In this document: positions 20,273-30,283 of the stretch, one piece after another
Layout of the letters: each line of letters begins with the position of its first letter
Position numbering within the stretch: the first letter of the stretch is position 1
Assembly: GCA_007127235.1 (NCBI GenBank)
Contig: SKZT01000068.1
Coordinates: 1 to 51,975 of the forward strand
Reading direction: 5' to 3'
From: Desulfobacteraceae bacterium
Lineage (GTDB): Bacteria > Desulfobacterota > Desulfobacteria > Desulfobacterales > SKZT01
DNA length: 51,975 nucleotides
The notes under the pieces: generated by a model
Databases searched by the model: none
Told to the model about the DNA's origin: nothing
What the model saw: the letters and a program-made list of their open reading frames with translations, nothing else
Position numbers and translations under genes: made by a program

Positions 20273-22900
20273 TCAGACCACGATGTTGACCAACTTCTTT
20301 TTTACGACGATCACCTTTTTTACAGGTTTTTCACCAATAAATTTCAGGGCTTTTTCATCCTGAAGTGCAAGCTTTTTTATGGCCTCATCCTGAGTATCGG
20401 CAGGAACTGTAAAACGGCTTCTCAATTTTCCGTTGACTTGAATGACGATAGTGAGTTCTTCTTTGGCCAGGGCATCTTCCCGATAGGAGGGCCATTTTGC
20501 CATCAGCACACTGTTGCGGTTTCCTGTCTTTTCCCACAGTTCCTCAGACAGGTGTGGCACGATGGGAGACAGCAGGATTATAATGGTATCCAGAACGAAG
20601 CGAAGTACGGATGCTCTTTCGGGATGTTTTTCATCGACTCTTTTGCCTGCTTCACGCTCTGCTTCCATGGCATACAGCGCATTGACCAATTCCATGACCG
20701 CACTGATTGCTGTGTTGAAATGAAAGCGCTCTTCGATATCGTTGGTAACTTTTTGGATTGTTTCGTGGGTCTTTTTAAAAAGCAGCTTCAGTTCATCATT
20801 GAGTTCATTAATATTTCCGTCAAAGGCTTTCACATCTTTTATTTCTTCCATAGAAGCTATTGCAAAACGCCAAACCCGGTTTAAAAAACGAAAACTTCCT
20901 TCAACTCCCTGCTCGCTCCATTCCAAATCCCTTTCCGGAGGTGCGGCAAACAGACAGAAAAGTCGTGTGGTGTCTGCTCCGTATTTTTCGAGGAGTACAT
21001 TGGGGTCAATGACGTTTTTTTTGGATTTGGACATTTTTTCCACCCGTCCAATCGAAACCGGTTTACCGCATAGGCTGCAGTTTAAGTGTTCCCCGGAGGT
21101 TTCAACTTGATTGGGAAAAAGATAACCATGTTCCATGCACGATACAGTCTCTTTACAAACCATACCTTGAGTTAACAGGCGGGTAAAAGGCTCTTTGAAT
21201 TTGACAAGTCCCATATCGTGTAAGACCCGCGTATAATACCTTGAGTAGAGCAAATGCAGAATGGCATGCTCGACGCCTCCAATATATTGGTCTACAGGCA
21301 TCCAGTAATCTACAGCATCGCGGTCAAAAATTGCATTGTGGCAATCGGGGCTGCAATAGCGCTCGAAATACCAGGAGGACTCCACAAACGTATCCATGGT
21401 GTCTGTTTCTCTTCTGGCATTTGATTTGCCGCAGGCGGGACAAGAAGTATTGGTAAAAGCCTCCAGCTTTGGCAACGGTGATTTTCCGCCTTCCAGCAAA
21501 TCGACATTTTCCGGAAGAACAACCGGCAGATCTTTTTCCGGAACAGGCACGATACCACAATTTTTGCAGTGAATTATTGGAATCGGCGCACCCCAATATC
21601 GCTGCCGTGAGATACCCCAATCTTTCAGCCGAAAACTGACAGTTTTTCGGCCAAGGCCTTTTTGACTAAGGTAATCTGTAATTTTTTCCATGGCATCTTT
21701 ATTTCTCATGGAGTTGAAAATGCCCGAGTTGACCATGATACCGTCATCCGTATAAGCTTCCTTCATGTTTTGGGGATCCAAATCGCGATCCTCGGGCCTG
21801 ACAACAACAATGATGTCCAATCCGTATTTTTGGGCAAATTCAAAATCTCTCTGGTCATGAGCCGGAACGGACATGACCGCCCCTGTTCCATATTCCATGA
21901 GAGCAAAATTGGCGGTATAAATCGGCATTTTTCTCTCTGATAGAGGATTTATACAATAAGAACCTGTGAAAACGCCCTCTTTTTCATAATTTTCCAAAGC
22001 TCTTACGGACCTGTCCTGAGTAGCCATCCGGTCAATAAAATCGAGAACCACGGATTCATTTTCGGTCCCTCCAACCAGCTTGGAAACAAGAGGATGTTCC
22101 GGGGCCAGCACCATGAATGTTGCACCAAACAGGGTATCGGGACGTGTGGTAAAAACCGGGATTTCTCCTTGAACGCCTTCCGGAGGATTTTGTATCGGAA
22201 ACCGTATTTCAGCACCTGTACTTTTTCCTATCCAGTTTTTTTGCATGGTAATGACCTTTTCAGGCCAACCGGGAAGTTTATCGCAATAATCCAGCAAGTC
22301 CTGTGCATAGTCCGTGATTCGAAAAAACCATTGCTCAAGCTTTTTTTGGCGGACGGTTTTTGAACATCGCCAGCACAAGCCGGCTTCCACCTGTTCATTG
22401 GCCAGCACTGTCTGACAGTGCTCACACCAGTTAACATAAGCTTCCTTGCGATAAACCATGTTCCTTTCATACATTTTAATAAAAAGCCACTGTTCCCATC
22501 GATAATAGTCAGGGCTGCACGTGGAAATCTCGCGGTCCCAATCATAACTAAAACCCATACGCTTTAGTTGGTGACGCATATTATCGATATTTTCATAGGT
22601 CCATTTGGCCGGATGCGTCCGGTTAGCGATGGCAGCATTTTCCGCCGGCATTCCAAAAGCATCCCAACCCATGGGGTGAAGTACATTGAAACCTCTCATC
22701 CTTTTGTATCTGGCAACCACATCCCCTATTGTATAGTTTCGTACATGTCCCATGTGGATTTTACCAGATGGATATGGAAACATTTCCAGCAAGTAATATT
22801 TTTCTTTGCCCGGATCCTCCCAAACCTTCATCAGGCCATGCTGATCCCAATAAGATTGCCATTTCAACTCGATTTTTTCTGGATCATATTTTTCATCCAT
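20273..22900 (-). CDS. leuS: Leucine--tRNA ligase
   Basis: [13 protein letters not shown] (HIGH), KMSKS, editing-domain FTTRPDT and [15 protein letters not shown]. Confidence 0.99.
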   Translation of the reverse strand: MDEKYDPEKIELKWQSYWDQHGLMKVWEDPGKEKYYLLEMFPYPSGKIHMGHVRNYTIGDVVARYKRMRGFNVLHPMGWDAFGMPAENAAIANRTHPAKWTYENIDNMRHQLKRMGFSYDWDREISTCSPDYYRWEQWLFIKMYERNMVYRKEAYVNWCEHCQTVLANEQVEAGLCWRCSKTVRQKKLEQWFFRITDYAQDLLDYCDKLPGWPEKVITMQKNWIGKSTGAEIRFPIQNPPEGVQGEIPVFTTRPDTLFGATFMVLAPEHPLVSKLVGGTENESVVLDFIDRMATQDRSVRALENYEKEGVFTGSYCINPLSERKMPIYTANFALMEYGTGAVMSVPAHDQRDFEFAQKYGLDIIVVVRPEDRDLDPQNMKEAYTDDGIMVNSGIFNSMRNKDAMEKITDYLSQKGLGRKTVSFRLKDWGISRQRYWGAPIPIIHCKNCGIVPVPEKDLPVVLPENVDLLEGGKSPLPKLEAFTNTSCPACGKSNARRETDTMDTFVESSWYFERYCSPDCHNAIFDRDAVDYWMPVDQYIGGVEHAILHLLYSRYYTRVLHDMGLVKFKEPFTRLLTQGMVCKETVSCMEHGYLFPNQVETSGEHLNCSLCGKPVSIGRVEKMSKSKKNVIDPNVLLEKYGADTTRLFCLFAAPPERDLEWSEQGVEGSFRFLNRVWRFAIASMEEIKDVKAFDGNINELNDELKLLFKKTHETIQKVTNDIEERFHFNTAISAVMELVNALYAMEAEREAGKRVDEKHPERASVLRFVLDTIIILLSPIVPHLSEELWEKTGNRNSVLMAKWPSYREDALAKEELTIVIQVNGKLRSRFTVPADTQDEAIKKLALQDEKALKFIGEKPVKKVIVVKKKLVNIVV

Positions 22901-23027
22901 TGCCGGTTTCTACCTCCGAAAATCCGAATTTTTTAATGAATCATCCTATTTTTTGGTAAAAAAGCAAAAGATAGGTTTTAAAAGCAAGTGTTTCTTGTGC
23001 CATATAAGAATAAAAATATCAAGGCCG

Positions 23028-23131
23028 ATAGCTTTCCAGAAAATGTTTTTGGCAAGGATAGAGGAAGGAGATCATACTTTTTCGTATATCTGTGACCGAT
23101 AACGCAGCCAAAACATTTTATGGAAAGCGAT
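23028..23131 (+). mobile_element. MITE-like element copy 2
   Basis: ATAGCTTTCCAGAAAATGTTTTTGGC...GCCAAAACATTTTATGGAAAGCGAT in the leuS/rne divergent intergenic region. Confidence 0.8.
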
Positions 23132-23260
23132 GAGAAAATATTTGACTTGTTTCTTGCAATTTCATATGCAGCAGAAGAAAAGTTCGATAAAATGTAAACC
23201 ATGGGTTGGTTTTTTAAATAAATTTATATCTTTGCGAAGGTTAAAAATAAAACATCATTT

Positions 23261-24721
23261 ATGACGACAAAAATTCTAATCAATGCCGTTGATCCTGAAG
23301 AATGCCGCATTGCCTATGTGAAAGACAGTAAACTTGAGGAATTTCAGATTGAAAGTGCCGCCAGAGAAAGCATCAAGGGAAACATTTACAAGGCTATTAT
23401 CACCAGAATTGAGCCTGCCCTTCAAGCGGTTTTCGTCGATTATGGGGCGGAACGTCACGGCTTCCTGCAAAAACATGAAATTCACAGTGACTATTTTCAG
23501 GACAATCACACCGGCGATCGGTCTTTAAAGAATATTCTCAAAAAAGGGCAGGAAATCATTGTTCAGGTGACCAAAGACCCCATCATGGAAAAAGGGGCCA
23601 TGCTGACAACGTATATATCCCTTCCGGGAAGATACGTGGTGCTGATGCCGGGTAGCAAAACCCTGGGAGTGAGTAGGAAAATAGAGGATGAAAAAGAACG
23701 CAAGCGTCAAAAGGAACTTTTGAACAGCTTGAAAATACCCGAAGGATTTGGAGTCATCAGCCGCACTGCGGGAATGGACAGAACCAAAACTGTGATCGGA
23801 AACGATTTGCGCTATCTGATGAGGCTTTGGAAAAACATAAAACAGAAAGCCATAAAAGCACCGGCGCCATCGATTCTTTATAAGGAACGAAACCTGGTGG
23901 TTCGAGCCATACGCGATTATTTTACCTCTGAGGTCAGCAGTATTCTGGTGGATGACGAAGCTGTTTATCAAGAGGTTAAGGATTTTGTAAAAATTACTTC
24001 TCCCAAACATACCAAAATCGTCAAGTTTCACAAAGGGCCCAAACCCATTTTCACCAAGTATCAATTGGAAAATCAGATCGCATCTATTTTTGAGAACCGT
24101 GTTGAACTCAAATCCGGCGGTTCCATTGTCATACAGCAAACAGAAGCGCTTGTGGCCATTGATGTCAACTCCGGCAAAGGCATACACAAATCTTCCATTG
24201 AACAAACTGCTCTAATGACCAATATCGAAGCCGGTGAGGAAGTGGCTCGCCAACTGCGTTTGAGAGATCTTGGCGGACTTATCGTTATTGATTTTATCGA
24301 TATGAAAGATACCAAGCACAGGCTTGAAGTGGAAAAAGTTCTGAAACATCATGTTAAAAAAGACAAAGCAAGAGCAAAGGTCGGACGAATTTCGCGTTTT
24401 GGATTATTGGAAATGTCACGGCAGCGAATAAGACCGTCCATTGAATTTGGAAGTTACGGCTCATGCAGGTACTGCCAGGGTAAAGGTCTCACACCTTCCA
24501 CAGAAACCCTTGGGGTGAGCTTTCTTCGCAAACTTCGCCTGGTAACACTGAAAGATGAAATTACTCTTGTCAAAGGAATCGTCCCTGTTGAGGTTGCCGA
24601 TTATCTGCTTAATAAAAAACGAACGGAAATTGCTGAACTCGAATTACGAAGAGGACTGTCCATAACCATCGAACCTGATACCGGGATGATGCCATCCGAC
24701 AGTAAAATTATTTGTGAATAA
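23261..24721 (+). CDS. Ribonuclease E/G family (catalytic domain only, RNase G-sized)
   Basis: KGNIYK, AVFVDYGAERHGFL (S1), AIDVNSG, RQLRLRDLGGLIVIDFIDM, CxxCxG Zn-link. Confidence 0.95.
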   Translation: MTTKILINAVDPEECRIAYVKDSKLEEFQIESAARESIKGNIYKAIITRIEPALQAVFVDYGAERHGFLQKHEIHSDYFQDNHTGDRSLKNILKKGQEIIVQVTKDPIMEKGAMLTTYISLPGRYVVLMPGSKTLGVSRKIEDEKERKRQKELLNSLKIPEGFGVISRTAGMDRTKTVIGNDLRYLMRLWKNIKQKAIKAPAPSILYKERNLVVRAIRDYFTSEVSSILVDDEAVYQEVKDFVKITSPKHTKIVKFHKGPKPIFTKYQLENQIASIFENRVELKSGGSIVIQQTEALVAIDVNSGKGIHKSSIEQTALMTNIEAGEEVARQLRLRDLGGLIVIDFIDMKDTKHRLEVEKVLKHHVKKDKARAKVGRISRFGLLEMSRQRIRPSIEFGSYGSCRYCQGKGLTPSTETLGVSFLRKLRLVTLKDEITLVKGIVPVEVADYLLNKKRTEIAELELRRGLSITIEPDTGMMPSDSKIICE

Positions 24722-24818
24722 TCGCTGTTTCAGCAGCAATCCTTGACACTTAAAGACCATTACGCTAATAATAAAATTTATCATTAAACGACAAGATGGT
24801 TTGGGAAAGTTTGAAAAG

Positions 24819-25610
24819 ATGGTCAAAAAACATAGTAAAGGACGAAAAAACAAGATACTTTTGTCCCTGGTTTGTATTGTTTTGGCAACTGTTTCAAGTA
24901 TCTACTTTTGGACCCGGGTTTCCGGAAATCCACTGAAGACCAAGCAGGCAACACAACAACAGGAGCAACAGTCAATACACCCGGATGATGAGATTTACCG
25001 GAAAATACCCCAGCAGAGAATTATCGACTTTGACAGATTGGGGGAAGATGAAAAGCTTCAGGCAGTTGTTAAGGAGCGTAAGGACCAATTTGGTTTAGAT
25101 AAAGGCGTTGATCTTATTGTCAGGGCTGATGAAAGCCTTAAGCTGGGGGATTCAATTATTCCCATGCGTGAAATCCTCGAAAAAGTTCGTATAAGACAAG
25201 GCAGTGTCATAGAAGAAGGTCTTGCAGAAAAAGTGTTGGAAGAAAATGTGGTTGCTTTTGGAATCTATGTGGTTAAACCAAATGACAACTTGTGGAATAT
25301 TCATTTCCAATTTTTAAAAGATTATTTTAATCGCAAAAACATTCCTCTTTCTCCCATGGCTGATAAACCTGATGAACGGGGTTATAGCTCAGGTGTAGGA
25401 AAAATTTTAAAGTTTTCGGAAAACATTGTTTATATTTACAACACACGAGATCGAAAGCTATATGCTGACTTGAATCTGCTTAATCCCGAAAGTGAAATTG
25501 TGGTTTTTCATATGGAAGAGATCTTTTCACTTCTTGATCAGATCGATTTACACAAGGTGGACCATATCAGGTTTGATGGTCAAAACCTGTGGATTCCATC
25601 AAAATCTTGA
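24819..25610 (+). CDS. Membrane-anchored hypothetical protein with LysM-like segment
   Basis: N-terminal TM segment, YVVKPNDNLWNI LysM-like start; preceded by TTGACA-17-TAATAA (24743-24771). Confidence 0.7.
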   Translation: MVKKHSKGRKNKILLSLVCIVLATVSSIYFWTRVSGNPLKTKQATQQQEQQSIHPDDEIYRKIPQQRIIDFDRLGEDEKLQAVVKERKDQFGLDKGVDLIVRADESLKLGDSIIPMREILEKVRIRQGSVIEEGLAEKVLEENVVAFGIYVVKPNDNLWNIHFQFLKDYFNRKNIPLSPMADKPDERGYSSGVGKILKFSENIVYIYNTRDRKLYADLNLLNPESEIVVFHMEEIFSLLDQIDLHKVDHIRFDGQNLWIPSKS

Positions 25611-25689
25611 TCATGACCTTTACTTTTGGCTTCCAAATTGTAATGATAAATGGTTATTAAATGAATTTTCAACATTTCCCAATAATCGT

Positions 25690-25718
25690 TTGACGTAAAA
25701 ATTCATTTAAAGTATATG
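25690..25718 (+). promoter_or_regulatory. Putative sigma70 promoter of yajC-secDF
   Basis: TTGACG-17 nt-TATATG. Confidence 0.5.
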
Positions 25719-25811
25719 AGCCCAAGTTTTTTGTTTATTGATGGCTTTTAATTTTAGCTACGGATATCCATAATTACGAGGCGTTATTGATAACTTTAAG
25801 GAGGTTTTATC

Positions 25812-26153
25812 TTGGTTGATATCGTTTATGCAATGGGTCAAAGCGGAGCGGCGGGGGAAGGTGCACAGGGTGGATTTACTGCATTTATTCCTCTCATACT
25901 TATGTTTGTCATTTTTTATTTTCTTTTGATCAGACCCCAGCAGAAAAAGACCAAAGAGCATCGTGAAATGGTCACCAACCTGAGAAAGGGCGATCGTATT
26001 ATAACCGCCGGCGGTATTTACGGTCGTATCACCGGTTTGGACGATACAACGGTGACTTTGGAAATTGCAGACAAGGTTCGGATAAAATTGGCGCGAAACA
26101 ATGTCGGGGCTTTAGTCAGGTCTTCGTCCCAAACGCCGTCAAAAGAGGAATAA
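25812..26153 (+). CDS. yajC: Preprotein translocase subunit YajC
   Basis: FYFLLIRPQQKK, LRKGDRIITAGGIYG; AAGGAGG SD with TTG start. Confidence 0.97.
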   Translation: MVDIVYAMGQSGAAGEGAQGGFTAFIPLILMFVIFYFLLIRPQQKKTKEHREMVTNLRKGDRIITAGGIYGRITGLDDTTVTLEIADKVRIKLARNNVGALVRSSSQTPSKEE

Positions 26154-26353
26154 ATCTGACAACGAAAAGTCAGAATGACCGCATTTTTATCAAAAACAAG
26201 CCCCAGTGAAAAAGAGAGTATTTTGCACCAAAGGGTATTTTGCTTTTTCTGGGGCTTTAATGTGGCTCGTGCAGTAAAAAGTTAAGGGCCATGTCCAATT
26301 TTATAACCAGTTTACCCATCAAAGATTGATCTTTGCTGAAAGGAAAAGAACCG

Positions 26354-27931
26354 TTGAAAAAGTTTTCATGGCGGCTGTTTTTTATCCTCACGGTTGTCAT
26401 TGTTGCAATCATATATGTGATTCCCACGTTCAAACCTTCTGTTTGGCCTTATAAAAAAATTAATCTTGGCCTCGACCTTCAAGGGGGTATGCATCTTGTA
26501 CTGGAAGTGGAAACGGATAAGGCGGTTGAAGGCACCATTGAGCGATTAGCTCAGGAAATCCGAGAAACGGTTAGAAGTGCGAAACTTCAGGATGTTTTTG
26601 TGGAAACGAAAAATGGAATGAAGCTTTCTATAGAAATTGCGGATATAAATCGGGAAAAAGAAATTCAAAAGCTTTTGGATAAAGATTTTCGTGATCTTCG
26701 TATGGTGTCCCGTGCTGTTGATGACGAATCGGTGAGGCTGACATTGGATTTACCGGATGAAGAGGTTCGGCATATCAAACAACTTTCTGTGCAGCAAGCC
26801 CTTGAAACCATTCGAAACCGGATAGATCAGTTTGGTGTGAGTGAGCCCGATATCCGGCTGCAGGGAACCAATCGCATTCTGGTTCAACTTCCTGGAGTTA
26901 CCGATACCCAAAGAGCCAAAGAACTTATTGGAAGAACAGCACTTCTGGAATTTAAGCTTGTGGACGAAAGTGTTGATCCCCATGTTGCTGAAAAAAGAGG
27001 TGCCCCACCCGGTACCGAGATTTTATACCAGGTTCGGCATGATCCCGCCACAAACCGTGAAATCAAAACCCCTTATGTTTTGGTGAAGCGGACTTTATTG
27101 ACGGGAGCATACCTTACCGATGCAAGAGTACAAATTGATTCCCAATATGGTGAAGCCTATGTCAGTATTAAATTTGACTCAAAGGGTGCCAGAATTTTCG
27201 AAAGAATCACATCTGAAAATGTTCAAAACCGACTGGCGATTGTTTTAGATAACACCGTTTATTCAGCACCGGTTATTCAAGAAAGAATAGCAGGAGGTGA
27301 AGCCCGGATCACAGGATATTTTACCACCGAAGAGGCTCGCGATCTGGCGATTGTTTTGCGTGCCGGTGCATTACCGGCCCCGGTGGAAATACTGGAGGAA
27401 AGAACCGTGGGGCCGTCGCTGGGGGCCGACTCGGTTCGCAAAGGCCTTATTTCCATGCTTGCGGGTGGTATTCTGGTGATCATTTTCATGGTGGTCTACT
27501 ATCAGGCATCCGGCCTTATTGCCAACACAGCCTTGATTTTGAATATTCTCTTAATTGCGGCTGGCCTTGCTGCCTTCCAGGCAACATTGACCCTTCCGGG
27601 GATTGCGGGTATTATTTTGACCATCGGAATGGCGGTGGATGCAAATGTCATTATCTTTGAACGCATACGTGAGGAACTGAATGTTGGAAAAACACCGAGA
27701 GCTGCTATCAGTGCGGGATATGAACGATCGACACTGACTATTCTGGATGCCAACGTGACAACCTTGATTGCGGCCCTGGTGTTGTTCCAGTTTGGTACCG
27801 GTCCTGTAAAAGGTTTTGCCGTTACATTAAGCCTGGGTGTTATCGCAAGTCTTTTCACATCCCTGATTCTTACCCGGGCCATTTTTGATTATTTTTTGAT
27901 CAACCGCAAAATTAAGCGTTTGAGCATTTAG
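26354..27931 (+). CDS. secD: Protein translocase subunit SecD
   Basis: LGLDLQGG, RNRIDQFGVSEP, RAGALPAP, VGPSLG, GMAVDANVIIFERIREE. Confidence 0.98.
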   Translation: MKKFSWRLFFILTVVIVAIIYVIPTFKPSVWPYKKINLGLDLQGGMHLVLEVETDKAVEGTIERLAQEIRETVRSAKLQDVFVETKNGMKLSIEIADINREKEIQKLLDKDFRDLRMVSRAVDDESVRLTLDLPDEEVRHIKQLSVQQALETIRNRIDQFGVSEPDIRLQGTNRILVQLPGVTDTQRAKELIGRTALLEFKLVDESVDPHVAEKRGAPPGTEILYQVRHDPATNREIKTPYVLVKRTLLTGAYLTDARVQIDSQYGEAYVSIKFDSKGARIFERITSENVQNRLAIVLDNTVYSAPVIQERIAGGEARITGYFTTEEARDLAIVLRAGALPAPVEILEERTVGPSLGADSVRKGLISMLAGGILVIIFMVVYYQASGLIANTALILNILLIAAGLAAFQATLTLPGIAGIILTIGMAVDANVIIFERIREELNVGKTPRAAISAGYERSTLTILDANVTTLIAALVLFQFGTGPVKGFAVTLSLGVIASLFTSLILTRAIFDYFLINRKIKRLSI

Positions 27932-28012
27932 TTTCCTGGATTGAGCCGTTGACGCAACATCTTACGGAAGGATTGTTTTTTCGGCGTACAAGAAGATTGA
28001 TTTTTGGAGAAA

Positions 28013-29056
28013 ATGATGCAGTTTATCAAACCTGGTACCAACATCGATTTTACCGGCAAAAGAAAAATTGCCTATTTTCTATCTGCCTGTATGATCATTA
28101 TCAGTATATTTTCGGTGATTTTACACGGAGGACCCCGGTATGGTATTGATTTTGCCGGTGGTTCACTAATTCAGATCAAGTTTTTTGAACCGGTTCAAAT
28201 CGATGACATTACAAGCGGACTTTCTCAGCTAAACCTGGACCGGGCCTCTGTTCAAAGGTTCGGTGACAGAGAAGATAATGAATATCTCATTCGTACCGAT
28301 ATAACCGAAGGCTATGATGAAACCTTTTCAGGCCAGCTTCAGACACTACTCAAAGAATCCACAAACAGTGAAGTAGAAATCCGCCGAATTGAAATGGTGG
28401 GGCCACAGGTGGGGCAAGATTTAAGGGAAAAGGCCTTGTTTGCCATGTTTTTTGCTTTGTTGTTTATCACCATTTATATCTCAGGCCGTTTCGAACTCAA
28501 ATGGTTTGTAAGCGGAGGGGTTGCTGCAGCACTTATTTCAGCAGTCTATATTTTATCCGTTTTTAATGTGAGTATCCCATTTTTAATTTTGGCTGCTTTG
28601 ATTGTTACATTAGTCCTGTTTTGGTTTCTTGAGCTTAAGTATGCCATGGGGGCTATTGTCGCGCTTATTCACGACGTTGTTATCACAGTCGGCATTTTTT
28701 CCATTTTCGATATTGAATTCACACTCCCAATTATCGCTGCCTTGCTGACCATCATGGGTTATTCCCTGAATGATACAATTGTTGTTTTTGACCGGATCAG
28801 AGAAAATTTAAGAAAGTATCACAAGAAGCCCCTGGAATTTATTTTAAACCGAAGTATTAACGATACTCTGGCTCGAACAATCCTGACGGCTTTAACAACT
28901 TTGACAGTTGTTTTGTGTTTATTGTTTTTCGGGGGCGGAATCATTCATGATTTTGCTTTTGCCATGACAATCGGAGTTATTATAGGAACCTACTCGTCTA
29001 TCTACGTGGCAAGTCCGATTCTTCTGGCCTATACAAGCAAGAGAAAAAAAACCTGA
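28013..29056 (+). CDS. secF: Protein translocase subunit SecF
   Basis: GIDFAGG, VGPQVG, ALIHD, GYSLNDTIVVFDRIREN, GTYSS. Confidence 0.98.
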   Translation: MMQFIKPGTNIDFTGKRKIAYFLSACMIIISIFSVILHGGPRYGIDFAGGSLIQIKFFEPVQIDDITSGLSQLNLDRASVQRFGDREDNEYLIRTDITEGYDETFSGQLQTLLKESTNSEVEIRRIEMVGPQVGQDLREKALFAMFFALLFITIYISGRFELKWFVSGGVAAALISAVYILSVFNVSIPFLILAALIVTLVLFWFLELKYAMGAIVALIHDVVITVGIFSIFDIEFTLPIIAALLTIMGYSLNDTIVVFDRIRENLRKYHKKPLEFILNRSINDTLARTILTALTTLTVVLCLLFFGGGIIHDFAFAMTIGVIIGTYSSIYVASPILLAYTSKRKKT

Positions 29057-29099
29057 TTTTTTTTTAGAAAGGTTAAAAAATTGCTTCAGATAAAAGAGA

Positions 29100-30233
29100 A
29101 TGAGAGAAACTTTTCCGGAAAAACTGTTTCCCTGGTTTGCTCTTAAAAGTATACCGGGAATCGGAAATATTCTTTATAAAAGATTGATTAACAGGTTTTG
29201 TTCCCCGGAAAATGTATTTGCCGCTTCCATTGAAGAGCTTTGTAAAATCAGGGGCCTGTCCAAGAACACAGCTTTCACAATAAAAACATATAAATTCAGA
29301 GATTGTTTTAAAAAAGAAATTGATGATACCATAAAAAGTGGGTTTCATTTAATGACTTTTTCAGACCGGGATTATCCCTCTTTGTTACGCCATATACCAG
29401 ATCCTCCTCCTTACCTCTATGTCTCCGGAAAGCTTATGCCTGAAAGCCATAACATTGCCGTGGTAGGATCCAGGCATCCAACCAATTACGGTATCTCAGA
29501 AGCAAAGCGATTATCTGAAAATCTGGCTGCACGCGGTTTTACCATTGTCAGCGGGATGGCCAGAGGAATCGATTCAGCGGCACACAAGGGGGCACTTTCG
29601 GCGCGCGGCAGAACAATTGCGGTTTTGGGAAGCGGTCTTGCCAGGATTTATCCGCCGGAAAATCGAAAGCTCTTTGAAACCATTTCGGAAAACGGGGCAG
29701 TTATCTCTGAATTTTCGCTTCAGTCCCCTCCGGAGGCACATCATTTCCCTGTTCGAAACCGGATCATAAGCGGAATGGCGTTGGGAACAGTTGTTGTGGA
29801 AGCCGCGAAAAAAAGCGGTTCTCTGATAACAGCCAGATTGGCAGCTGAGCAAAACCGGGAGGTTTTTGCAGTGCCTGGAAGTATCCAGTCTTATAAAAGT
29901 GCGGGTACCAACAGTCTTATCAAACAGGGGGCAAAACTGGTGCAGCATATACAGGATATCATTGAAGAATTATCCCCCCAAATACAAGAAAGCCTTGAAC
30001 CTGATTGTCACAATGGCTATCTTGACAATCAAGCGAAGCGGTTGCCTGATTTAAGTCCTGACGAACAGCGCGTAATAAGTCACCTTGAACCTTATCCGAT
30101 CCACATTGATGAGCTGGTTCGAAAAACAGCCATGGCACCAGGAAGGTTGTTGGGTATTTTACTGAAATTCGAACTGGAGGGTCTTGCAGAGCAATCGCCA
30201 GGTAAGCGTTTTTCTTTAAAAAACCTTGCATGA
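29100..30233 (+). CDS. dprA: DNA-processing protein DprA (Smf)
   Basis: DPPPYLY, AVVGSR, VSGMARGIDSAAH, FPVRNRIISG, SGSLITA; upstream of topA. Confidence 0.97.
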   Translation: MRETFPEKLFPWFALKSIPGIGNILYKRLINRFCSPENVFAASIEELCKIRGLSKNTAFTIKTYKFRDCFKKEIDDTIKSGFHLMTFSDRDYPSLLRHIPDPPPYLYVSGKLMPESHNIAVVGSRHPTNYGISEAKRLSENLAARGFTIVSGMARGIDSAAHKGALSARGRTIAVLGSGLARIYPPENRKLFETISENGAVISEFSLQSPPEAHHFPVRNRIISGMALGTVVVEAAKKSGSLITARLAAEQNREVFAVPGSIQSYKSAGTNSLIKQGAKLVQHIQDIIEELSPQIQESLEPDCHNGYLDNQAKRLPDLSPDEQRVISHLEPYPIHIDELVRKTAMAPGRLLGILLKFELEGLAEQSPGKRFSLKNLA

Positions 30234-30283
30234 TACTGGATAACTTTTGAATAAGGCAATATTGTTTAATTAAAGGAGATGTT

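Noticed and set aside
22984-23002. TGGCAC...TTGC on the minus strand upstream of leuS as a sigma54 promoter
   Set aside because: Spacer is 9 nt rather than the required 5.
22978-23202. ORF resembling ORFs 35515-35751 and 35601-35876
   Set aside because: The similarity comes from the shared MITE sequence, not a protein family.
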